NCBI RefSeq assembly: GCF_001194135.2
Contig: NC_068992.1
Span: forward strand, 38,447,587 to 38,511,586
Origin: Octopus bimaculoides
Taxonomy: Eukaryota
Direction of reading: 5' to 3'
Length of the DNA stretch: 64,000 nt
A model generated the notes under the pieces. The model was not told where the DNA came from. It saw only the letters and a program-made list of their open reading frames with translations, and ran no database searches. Shown here piece by piece: positions 1 to 11,217 of the stretch. Position 1 is the stretch's first letter. Each line of letters opens with the position of its first letter. The translations under genes and the position numbers were made by a program.

Positions 1-881
1 TTTATATAGGAGAATATACTTGCTCGATATGACCTGCAAAATGCGATCGAACACAGGACCACGTGGTTTAGAAATGAACTTATTAACCACAGCCTTGCCT
101 GGTTTCTTTTCTTTTTTTTTTTTGCTTGTGTATGACTTAACCAAAAGAAATCCATATTTTCATATTTTAGGAGATGAGTAAAGTAATACAGAAAACATTG
201 TAAGGATTATATTTAATTTATCTTTCACTAGATAAAATGTAACACATTAGGAAAGTAAAAACAAATAAAATTTTAGCTGATTAGAGATGAAAAATTATCA
301 GCAATCACAGACAGGAAATCATCAAATATTTTTTGGTCAAAGGTAATCCAACCACAACCAGTTCCTCTTTCTAAACTACATTATCTAATTATCCTCCATT
401 TTCAAGACATCCAGATGTGATTTTAAAGTGATTTAACTATTTATTACTAGCGTAGACGTTTCTTCATTGCCTTGTTTAGAATTTAGGGTTACAGAAACCA
501 GAACTTTTTTTAAAGGAAAAGTGTTGAGCAGCATAAAACAGACTTTTTATTTATTTATTTATTTTTTAGAAAATGTTTAGAAGTACAGAAAGATCATTTT
601 TTTAAGAAAAAAGGAAAGAAAATAGTGTTTAGGGGTACAGAAACGTGTTTTTAATAGAATAAAAAGAGATACAGAAAAACCGTTTTTTTTTTCTTTAAAA
701 TTATGTTTAGGGATGCAGAGAGGGGGGTTAAGGGCTCAACACTTCTGGATTTTCTTTCTTTAGAAATTGTAGAATAAAAAGAAATTGAATATAATAAGAA
801 AGAAACTTTTTAGATGTTGATCAGAGCCTTAAATATTTTAAAGTGGGAATGGGGGTTACATTCATATCTTTCTCAATGATA

Positions 882-1143
882 TTAGAAGCGCCAATGTAGT
901 GAAAGGCTACAATCTGGGATCGAATTATCTACTAAATTATAAACATGACGTTCAACGTTACTTTCAATGAAAGATGAAATAAATTTATGCTCATGAATTC
1001 CTAGCATATCTGATAGGTTTGCAAGTAGATTTAGAGTTTGTGTGGCCAAGAACAGGCAGAGCAGGGTACGATTGACAACAGAAATAGACGCGATTTTATT
1101 CGTTATAGAAAAAAGTGCTTCGTTCAAACAGAAAGTGACAAGC
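882..1143 (-). CDS. Putative second/terminal coding exon of the divergent gene (MLVTFCLNEALF...SLHWRF*; 96 aa in total)
   Basis: Acceptor tctcattacag|G. Only the phase-2 frame is open (ORF track 882..1184). An internal donor GAAA|gtaacg at 961 is also possible. No recognised family. Confidence 0.25.
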
Positions 1144-2259
1144 CTGTAATGAGATATAGATTTCAATAATAATAATAAAACCAAACCACACCTTTTAGCG
1201 TCTGTGTGTCCGCATCGAATTACATTATCGTTTGTTGGGGGAGTGGTTTATGGCTAGCTGAAACTTATCCCCTTAAACTGTGGTTTTATATACACACATA
1301 CACACACAAACATATTAGACACATGCTTTGGCGCATGAAAGGACTAGCTACACACAACTTTAAATTATTCAATTGACAATGTGAAAGAGACATGTTACAT
1401 GAGTACCAAGGTGGCTAGAAATTATTTGAAGGTTAATTCCTAATATATAAAGTGACAAATACATGTAGCTAACTCCATGAACACACAAAAAAACCTCCAA
1501 CGAGACACTTCCTACCACGTTAAAAACAAAGGACAGCTTATTAGGTCTGTATCTCATTTCAATAAAATATTTTAGATGGTTATAGCTCAAATGCTATCAA
1601 ATATTCGGGCCATGGATCTATCCAGGCCTCTCTAAACACGTAGACCTGTCCAATTAATGTCAAAATGACCCCATGTCTTGAATGCCTGTGTGTGCATGTA
1701 TAGTTATGTCATAAATTAACTGTACTCTTACAGTGAGAAAGAAAAAAAAACGCTACCTCATCAAATAACTGAGATAAGTTGTTAATGAATTTATAATCTT
1801 TCGTAACTCCCATTCTCACTTGAAAACTTTTTTTAATATAACATTGGCACTTAGTTTCACTTGGTTTGATCTTTGATTTCTCTGGGAGTGTAGTTAGTTC
1901 ATGACCACCAGACTACCAATGCCTTTCGTTCATGCGCCGGTAGTCTGATGGGTAATAACGTTATTAACCCATAGTTTAGATATGACGGTCCATAATTCGA
2001 ATCTAGTTTGGTATTACGTACACGTTCTGAAATAAGACAGCTGATGACGATTGGAGATCAATCAATTGAATCTTTATGTTATGTAATTAAGAAAAAATGC
2101 GTTTGCGGTTTAAAATTAAAATAGGTATCTCAAACAAAATATTTAGTATTATGGTTTGTCGTATAGTTTTCGTTGGCTTTTCACAATATTAAGTAGTTTG
2201 TGAATGAAGACAATAAACACTAAAATTTTAATGACTTTTCAATTATTTCATTAACATAC

Positions 2260-2288
2260 ATCATTATATTTACAAGTAACGTTGCCAT
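2260..2288 (-). CDS. Putative first coding exon of a small divergent gene (MATLLVNIM, phase 2)
   Basis: Minus-strand ACG ATG G start context (A at -3, G at +4) followed by donor AT|gtatgt. Phase matches the acceptor at 1143. Confidence 0.25.
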
Positions 2289-2900
2289 CGTCTTGTATCG
2301 CACGCATTGACGAGGCTACAACGCAAGTCTTCTCGATTAAAGGCGAGTTCTCCCATTGGATGAACACCACAGTGTTACTTTGTTCTGACTTCCTTGTAGT
2401 ATTTTCTTGACAGAGACATTGGGGGTGATTTGCTATTGCTTCCTCCAACTGGATGGACGTTGGCCCACAAGGAGCTCATCCATCTTTCTTGTTTTTTAGT
2501 CCTGCTGAGTGTCTAAACGCCCTCTTGACAAGAGAAGCAATCTACTCAAGGGGGGAAGCCGGTTTAGTCGCCGACCACGCGACCATGGAACGGGTTGTTC
2601 TGGTTTACAAGGTACCAGTAGCAGGCCCCATAGCTTGCAATGAAAACTGACTATAACAAGTAATGTCCATTCAATAAATTGAATCAACGTTCAACGAACA
2701 TAACACTTAAGAGTCTGCTGTACATAACTTGCTGGATACATTACGAAAGTAGTATAAGGAATTTTAATCACTATATGAAACTGTTACAAGTGTTACTCAA
2801 CACTTGTATGTTGGTGCCTTTTGTTGAGCATCACGTAAGCTACTTAAGAAAAATGAAAGAGGGGGAGAGAGAACAATACGCCGAGACAAATGATAAGTTC
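2280..2900. promoter_or_regulatory. CpG-rich putative promoter / first-exon region, possibly bidirectional
   Basis: Unique sequence here keeps many CpGs (e.g. gtcgccgaccacgcgacc), while downstream sequence is CpG-depleted. Plus-strand donor-like sites AAG|gtacca (~2611) and cac|gtaagc (~2835), and a minus-strand ATG/donor at 2288/2259. TSS not determinable. Confidence 0.4.
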
Positions 2901-4356
2901 CACTAGACAGCTGGGTGGCTCTGGCCTGAGGTTGAATTTGCCAGCTTTTACAGCTGTAAGCCACCCTTCTATAATTTTCAGCAAAAATGTTTGGTAAGAA
3001 AACTTTCATGCTTCCTTCAAAGTTTACCACATCAACCATAAAGATCATCCAGTGCTGATTGGTTCAGCTATGTTCGTACTTTTATGGTCATACTTTTCCT
3101 TTTATGGAGATACATTAGATGATTTTGGGCGAGGAAAATCCAAGAACTATGGTCCAAAATTCTGTATAGGCCTCACTACAGTACTACTGATCCCTTCTCC
3201 AGACCATTGGAGAAAATTAAGGGCCAATACTTATTAATTATAAACACAGCCTGTACTAATAGCAAGCTGCTTGTCACCACAATAAATACTAACGGAGAGG
3301 TGAAACATATAGGTGACAGTGAAGTGTCTTTTACAGGAAAACAATGCTGCACCAAAGACAAACTATGGAAATGAACCATGTAACCCTCAGTCTAGTCAGT
3401 ACCCTGGCAGAATTGTTAGAGCATTAGAATATAAGCTTTGCTATATTTATTCTGGTTCCTTATACTCTGAGTTCAAATCCTGCCAAGGTCAACTTGGCCT
3501 TTCATCTATTTGGTATCAATTAAAATTAAGAACCAGTCAAGTACTGGACTTGATGGTATCAGCTAATTCCTCTCCTTAAAATAGCTGACCGTGCATTTCA
3601 ATCAGAAACCATTCACTCATACACATGCATGCATACATGTAAGTGTGTGAATGTGATGTTACGTCTTTCAACCATACGTTGTGGTAACTTGGTGGTCCGG
3701 GCATGTGAAGACCAGATGAATAAACAATATCTGAGTTGAAAAACAGGTAAGGGTTGGTGACAGGGAGAGCAGCCAGCAAGATAATACTGCATCAGTAAAT
3801 TTACCCAACCCTTGCCAGTGTGTGGGAATGGGAGATGTGATGATGGTGGTGGTGGTGGTTATAATAGTGACAAATGTAATAATCAGTTGAGCATCAGTAA
3901 AAATGTTTTGCACCATTTAGCTCGCTTGCTCTCTCACTCTCCAATATGAGTTCAAATCACAATAAGTTCAACTTTCTCTTTCCACTTCGCCAAAGGTTAA
4001 TCAGGTAAGTATCAGTAGCATTGACATGCTCCCCCACCTACTCTTCCACAGGTCTGTGTCAATAGAAAAACTCCGTATTTTTATTTATTTATTTTATTGC
4101 AACATCTTTATTTAGAAACGTTCTTGTAGACATAAGTGGGGGAGGGTTGGCAGATAAGCTTCATGTTACCAACATTAGCTACATCGTTCTGTTCCTTAGA
4201 ATAGTATCCAGCCATATCAAATGTCATAACATATGATTGATCTAACATCATCACCACCACCACCACCACCACCATCATCATTCCCATTTCTGTACCTATT
4301 AAGGAACACATACATGTAAACATATATTTTGGCTTTTTTTCTTTTTGGTTTGTTAG

Positions 4357-4568
4357 CTCAAGAGGGATTGTGTTACAGAGGGTGAAAGATTGCTCTCGTA
4401 GAATGTCATCTGTTATGAAGAGCAGTTGGAAAAGCATTAGACCGGAAAATAGTTTTGCTACAACAAACCAGTTATGACAAGCCTTGAGCAAGGAAAATAC
4501 CTAACACAGCTAGAAACTAAGCAGCAGAGCTGTTTTCCTGGCCTCAAACTGCAAAAATCATTTGTGAG
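4357..4568 (+). CDS. Exon with 5'UTR and start codon (ATG 4474; MTSLEQGKYLTQLETKQQSCFPGLKLQKSFV) of an unidentified spliced gene
   Basis: Long polypyrimidine acceptor ttttttctttttggtttgttag|C and donor GAG|gtaata. All three frames are closed at the 5' end, and only the ATG 4474 frame is open to the donor (ends phase 2). Confidence 0.5.
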
Positions 4569-6178
4569 GTAATAACAATATTATTATATCAATATCATAT
4601 TATAAAATTAATAAATTGATGTGTTTATATCCTTGTAACTTAGCAGTTTGGCAAAAGTGACCAATAGAATAAGTATCAGGCTTTACAAAATAATAATAAG
4701 TACTAGGATTGATCTGTTTGATCAACCTTCTTCAAGGCAGTTCCCCAGCATGGCTGCAGTCTAATAACTGAAACAAGTAAAGGATAAAAATATGATATAA
4801 TACTATAATCAGTAATATTGGTGGGAGGTGGGGTAAGTCAATTGCAAAAACTCCAGGGTTCAACTGGTACTTACTTTATTGACCCCAAAACAATGAAAGG
4901 CAAAGTCAACTTAGGTGGAATTTGAACTTAGAATGTAACAATAGATGAAATGCCACTAAGCATTTCGCCTGGCACAGTAACGGTTTCGAGCATTGGGCCT
5001 CATGGAGACAAAGTGGCTGAGTTCTTTTCGAGCATGGGCCTTGTGGAGGCAAACTGGCCAAGTTCCTTTCGAGTGTTGGGCCTCACTGAGGCAAGGTGGC
5101 TGAGACCCTTTTGAGCATTGGGCCTCATGGAGGAAAAGTGGCCAAGCTCCATTCAGGTGTTGAGCTTTAGCATTATGTCGTGCTTGAGAAGACGATCCAT
5201 CAAGCCAAGCAAAATCAGTCATGGCAGACACTGGTGTCATGCAAATGGCACCTGTGCTGATGGCACATAAAAGCACCCATTACACTCTCAGAGTGGTTGT
5301 TGTTAGGAAGGGCATCCAGCCATAGAAAACCATGCCAAATCAGACTGGAGCCTGGCGCAGCCTTCCAGCATGCAATCCCAGTCAAACCGTCCAACCCATG
5401 CCAGCATGGACAACGGACATTAAATGATGATGATGATATCTTTATGGAGTGCTTCTGTTGGTGTAGAGTAAATGTATTTAAATTTTTTTTTTAAAGCTGG
5501 ATAGGCAAAAGTATGACTGTGTCATTAAGAAGCTGGCTTTGTAACTAACCAAATGGTTTCAGGTTCAATCTCATTGTACAGCACCTTGGGCAAGTGTCTT
5601 CTACAATAGCTCTGAACCAACCAATACTCTGTGAGTGAATTCAGTAGATAAAAACTGTGTGGAAGCCCATCATATGCATATGTCTGTGTGTGTCTGTGTT
5701 TGTCCTTTCCTATAACTCTTGACAACCAGTGTTGGTTTGTTTACAGCCCCGTAACTTAGCAGTTTCAGCAAAAGAGAACAATAGAATAAGTACAGGACTC
5801 CAAAAAAATAAGTACAGAGTCAATTTTTTTTCTTCTTTCTTTCACTAAACCTCTTCAAGGCAGTGCTCCGCCATGGCCTCAGCCCAATGACTGAAATAAG
5901 CAAATGATAAAAAATATAAATACATCTTATTCTTTCACTGTGGTGGCGGTGGTGGGGGGATTAGGAGGAGGAGGAATTGTTAGCATACTGGACAATATGC
6001 TGCTTAGCAGCATTTCATCTGTTTTCACGTTCTGAGGTCAAATTCTACCAAGATCAACTTTATCTTTTATCCTTTCAGAGTCAATAGAATAAGTAGCAAT
6101 CAAGCACTGAAGTTGAATGTGATCGACTGCCCCTCTCCCCAACAAAACTTCACACCTTGTACCTATAGTGGAAAGCAT

Positions 6179-6212
<34 letters not shown>

Positions 6213-6791
6213 CATTATTATTATTATTGTTGTTGTTGAGTGAGAAAGCAGTGCATGCCAAAGTGACACTGGGGTACAATTATACAAAGCCCAGTAAACC
6301 CATTATGACTACCCATCTGATAAGGGTACACCAGGCACATACATCACAACCATATGTGTGCGACATGGTGATCTCATATCAAAATAAACAGCACATGACC
6401 TTGCAGTTAGAATTTCCTTCAGGTTGAGTAGCCCATCCCACTCAAAAGATCCCTGAATAAGGGTTGTTTAAGGATGTTGAATGAAACACCCATGTTTTCA
6501 GAGGTGAATTATTCAAACCCCAAAGAATTCCTCTCAACATATAGCTATGATGCTCCCCCACTACTTCTACTCATGCACATATCGTCAGCCACCAAGGGAC
6601 TTGCTCAACTGGTTAAGGTCCAACAACTGACAAGCAAATCAGTGGTATTTAGCAGAATATTTGCTGAAGCCCACCTTTTATACCAAGATAAAACAATGTA
6701 CATGATGACACTTCCAATCAGTTAAGATGCGAGCCATTGCCTGGTACTGCATCAGGGTGTCTTATTCTTCTTCTTCTTATTATTATTATTA

Positions 6792-7146
6792 ATATCTCTG
6801 CCTTAGCGAAGGTAGAGGTATTGTTTTCAGTCATGTTTGTTTGTCTATGGACAAGATATCTCAAGAACCACTGGATGGATTTGGATGAAACTTTCAGGGA
6901 TGGCTGGCCTCATGACTGGCACGAACTGATTAGATTTTGGGATCAATCCGATACCAGACAAGGATTCTAGATTATTTTTCCGTTTTTTTTACTTAATTTT
7001 TGAGAGCAGTCAGGTTCATTTTTAGTATTCTCATTTGTGAAATCAGTCGAGTTTATTTCAAATATTCTCATTTTAAAAATCATCTCTGGCTAATCATTGA
7101 TAGGACATTGGTGTTGCCTTGGCAGAGGTTTACACTCTCTGAGTGC

Positions 7147-7147
<1 letters not shown>
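6792..7147 (+). mobile_element. Helentron-associated non-autonomous element (HINE/DINE-1-like)
   Basis: Subterminal inverted repeats (tacctcc.ccttag / ccttggc(a)gagg), internal (GTTT)n and a 3' stem-loop cactctctgagtgc. Further copies at ~16105-16260 and 16653-16997. Confidence 0.7.
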
Positions 7148-7194
<47 letters not shown>

Positions 7195-7327
7195 ATGTAG
7201 ATAAATTGAATAAACAAAAAGTCTGAAACCAAATTATTACAATAATTTCTGCCCGTGTTACATTTTATAAAATTGTAAACATTGTTAGTTTATTGAGCAT
7301 GCCCAGTATACTCCTGCCTGGTGTGTA

Positions 7328-7531
7328 TAGTAATCCCTCGCCATATTGCGGTTTATTCTTTAAGCTTACGTTGATTCCTGTGTGGGGTTGTTTTGCATTT
7401 ATATTAAAATAAATATATGCAAATTATAAAAATAACAAAGAAAAATATACAGTAATGTTTCTACTTAGCGGATTTTCACCTATCACAGGGGATTTTGGAA
7501 CGCAATACCCACAATAGTCAAGGGATTATTG
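7328..7531. mobile_element. Tigger/pogo-like MITE
   Basis: TIRs tagtaatccctcgccatattgcgg / ccacaatagtcaagggattattg flanked by TA. Confidence 0.6.
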
Positions 7532-7559
7532 TATTGTGAAACAATGAGATATTGATAGC

Positions 7560-8320
7560 AGTAAATGGTATATTTATGGATCACCCTACAGTGCAATCTT
7601 ACATTGAAGATGACCTGAATTTCTATGAAGTTTCTTGGAATTGTGATATATGACTTCATAATTTTGAATATATTAAAATGGATCAGCCTCGATTGAACTC
7701 TGGCTGAGGAAGCTCAGTGCTGTGCTTTTTATGAAGTCAGTTAACCAGCTGAACAATGTGGTCAGAGGGAAACCAAACCTTACATTTCATAAAGAATTAT
7801 TAGAGAGAATGAATGATAATGGCCTGAGAACATAAGTGTTGATGCAGACAGTGTAAGCAATATCTTCTGGAAGACTTTGAGGATGAGGATTATGAATAAC
7901 TCCCAAAAGTCCTTGGTTGGAGAGTGCCACAGAAGTGGGGAGGGGTCTTTGGCTGTATGAAACAAGTACTACAGGCATAAAAGTCCCAGCAGTTGGACCT
8001 GTCTGTAATCTGCACAAGATGAGAACAACTATTTAGCTCACATTTTCAGTATCTGTACAGTGTTGACTTGTGGGTTTGTGTCAAACAGCAGCTGATATGT
8101 GTAGGATTAACAAGGTTACCAACTGAGGGTATTGTGAAGATTGGCTCACCACCTTTCTTTGTTTAGGAAGGGTCGCTAGTCTTTCTCTATTTCGTGATCA
8201 TGTTAAAAGGAAATTGTTTGGTTGATGTGCTTAAAAGGTTTGAGAACAGAGATTTTTCCACTTTAGCCAAGCCCTCATCAACTTCTTTGAATACTACTTC
8301 CAGAGGAAGGTGAGGAGAAG
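7560..8320 (+). mobile_element. Degraded Tx1/L1-clade LINE ORF2 C-terminal region
   Basis: CCHC-like remnant PVCN..QDENNYLAHIFSIC, then KEIVWLMCLKGLRTEIF..QALINFFEYYFQRKVRR. A homologous tip lies at ~9905-10085 (GQALINFFKFPLKRKVRVERE...ERWVNVGKMADVKGPILSIHL*). Confidence 0.6.
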
Positions 8321-9111
8321 GAAAGAGAGAGAGAGACCGAGAGAGAAAGGTCATCTTCCAAAGTATTTTATAAACGGTAAATGACAGCAAAAAGAATAAT
8401 GAGGTTAAACGGGCATATTTTAATAACAATTAAAAACAGGAGACAGAAAACAGAGAGGACTCTTGTTTTTGATGCATCACAGTAATAATCTAGTATTTTA
8501 TTTAGGGGTCTCTCCTCCTACCCACCTAATTACCTAAGATGGTTCTCTTACTCCTATTCAGGACCCTCTTTTATCACCTCAGATCTCTGGCATCTGACTC
8601 ACTCTTCTTGGACACACGTGAAATGTCCAAAATGTTGATGTAACAATAATAATCTTTGATAAGGTGGCGAGCTGGCAGAATCATTAGCATGCCGAGCAAA
8701 ATGCTTTGTGGTATTTCATCTGTCTTTACATTCTGAGTTCAAATTCCATCAAGGTTGACTTTGCCTTTCATCCTTTCGGGGTCGATTAAATAAGTACCAG
8801 TTATGCATTGGGGTCGATCTAATCAACTTAATCCTATTGTCTGTCTTTGTTTGTCCCCTCTATGTTTAGCCCCCTGTGGGCAGTAAAGAAATAAATAATA
8901 ATCCTTGACAGAAGCACAATGCTGAGATTAACAGGGCAGAGACATATTTGATTGAATCACCCCTAGGATATGACTGGTATTTATTTCATTGACCCTGAAA
9001 GGATGAAAAGCAAAATCAACCTCAGTAGAATTTGAACTCAGAATGAAAAGATGGACAAAATGCTTTGTGGCATTTTGTCCAGCATGCTAACAATTCTGCC
9101 AGCTAGCCACC

Positions 9112-9160
<49 letters not shown>

Positions 9161-9904
9161 TGATGATGATGATGATGACAATATTTTCTACTAAAGGCAC
9201 AAGGCCTGAAATTTTGGGGAAGGGAACTAACCCTAACCCCAGTATTTCACTGGCACTTCATTTATTGACCCCCCAGGATGAAAGGCAGAGTCGACCTCGG
9301 CATGAACTCAGAGCATAAATAATCAGAACTAATGCCAGCAAGCATTTTGCTTGGCGTGCTAACGATTCTGCCAACTAGCCACCTCAACAACAACAACAAG
9401 AATAGCTTTAATTTCAGCATCAAGCCAGCAGTTTTGAAAGGGTGGGGAGCAAATCAATTACATCAACCCCAGTGTCTGACCAGTACTTTATTTTATTGAC
9501 CTTGAAATGATGAAAAACAAAGTCAACCTTGGTGGGATCTGAACTCAGAACAAAGCATTTGAACAAATAACCACTAAGTATTTTTCCTGACACTCGACCG
9601 ATTCTGCCAGCTAAAGTAATAAAATATATAAATAGGTGCAAACCAACCACATGGTTCGGGGTTCAGTTTCACTGTATGGCACCTTGAAGAAGTGTCTTCT
9701 ACTATAGCCTTAGGCCGACCAAAGCCTTGTGAGTGGATTTGACAGGCAGAAACTAAAAGAAGCCCATCATATATATATATTTGCTATGCTCGACCACTGA
9801 AATCTACAAGTTTTTCTCATTCTCTCTCTGTTATTTTCTCTTCTTCATTTCTGTTGAAGAGCATAGACTCGAAACGTAAAAAACTTTTTTCATTTTTCCC
9901 AAGC

Positions 9905-10085
9905 GTCAAACTAATATACTTGCTTTCCTCTTTGGCCAAGCCCTCATAAACTTTTTCAAGTTTCCCTTGAAAAGGAAAGTGAGGGTGGAGAGAGAAGAGT
10001 TGCCTTCTAGCAAATTTGCTGAAAGGTGGGTGAATGTTGGAAAAATGGCCGATGTCAAAGGACCAATTCTGAGCATACACTTGTG
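9905..10085 (+). mobile_element. Tx1/L1-clade LINE 3' tip
   Basis: Shares ggccaagccctcat.aact with 8268-8310 and ends ...SIHL*. Confidence 0.55.
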
Positions 10086-10990
10086 AAAAATAAAAAGAGA
10101 AAGGCTCTTGCCCTGTTGGTCAGGCACCCATGACTTTTGTGAGGTTTTCCACGAGTAACCTTAAAGCACCTCTCCCTAGTGGGAGTTTTATTTGTTTAAT
10201 TTTCTATGTTATTTTTTTATTTACACGCTTTTAAAACCCAATTGTATTGGCTGGTCTTTGTCTCTCAGTGTAACTTTATGAAAGCCCTTGTGGCCAATAA
10301 AAGAATTAATTATTATTTAGTGGCATTTCCTAATGGCCTGTACCTTCTTAGTTCAAACTCCACCAAGGTCAATGGAATAAGCACCAGCTGAACCTTGGGG
10401 GTCAATGAAATCAACTAGCCCCACCACCGAATTTCAAGCCTTATGCCTATAGTAGAAAGGAATGTTGTTGTTGTGGTGGTTGTGTAAGTGATTTACAATG
10501 GATGAAAATGTTAGACTGCATTATATGATCAACATGACAACCAAGCTTGTGTGTGTGTGTGTGTTTGTACACTAACATATATACATGCTCAAATACAAAC
10601 ACATAAACATTTCCACTATCAGCTGTCACACACACACACAAAAGGGGGTAAAAATGAATAGTAAAGAAAAAAAGGACAGAAAAAACACCCAAAGTCCCAA
10701 AAAACGCTGTAACTAAACCTAGCAATGGAGGAGAGCTGGGAGGTGGAGTAACATTAATGCGCCTGTGGATTTGTGTCAACACTTGAACAACATTTATGGG
10801 TGTCTAAGATCAGGTTGGAAGCAACAGATGTGGTGGGGTGGGAGCAACTGCCAGTCAGCTCCATGTAAAGGCTATTTGCTCTCTCTCTCTCTTTCTATCT
10901 CTATCTCTCTGAATTGGTTGACAGAGTGAATCATGACTGGAAAATAATTGGCCATGGGTGGAGAGATATTGAAATCAGTCAAAATCAATC

Positions 10991-11217
10991 TAATCGTTTA
11001 GCATTCAGTTTAGTCTGTCAAATGAAAAGCTTATTTATTCACATTGCATCAAATTAATCATGCATTAACTTGTAGCTTCAAACTTTCAATGATGGGATTG
11101 TTTATTTTTAGAATGACACTGTAGGGAAGGTGTGAGAAGTTGGATCTGGCCAGTTTCAACATAAAACAAGTGAAATATTCGGGCTGGATGTGTCCAGTTT
11201 AAATGCTCAAGGGTTAA
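10991..11217. mobile_element. piggyBac-like MITE family (TIR aaccctttagcatt, TTAA-like ends)
   Basis: Copies at ~10991-11217, 13036-13262, 35788-36455 (split by two SINEs) and 48830-49040 (reverse). A related family lies at ~28365-28540, 30156-30367 and 59643-59850. Confidence 0.65.

Noticed and set aside
1901-1952. SECIS-like hairpin (ATGA...11/12-bp stem...AA...ggtagtctgatg)
   Set aside because: The 3' side lacks the GA needed for the tandem sheared G-A pairs in the correct register, and no selenoprotein ORF lies upstream on that strand.
2453-2650. Plus ORF with a strong ACCATGG start (MERVVLVYK) and minus frame SYGACYWYLVNQNNPFHGRVVGD*
   Set aside because: Splicing to exon 4357 hits a stop in every frame, and neither peptide is recognisable. 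Left as an unassigned first-exon/UTR region.
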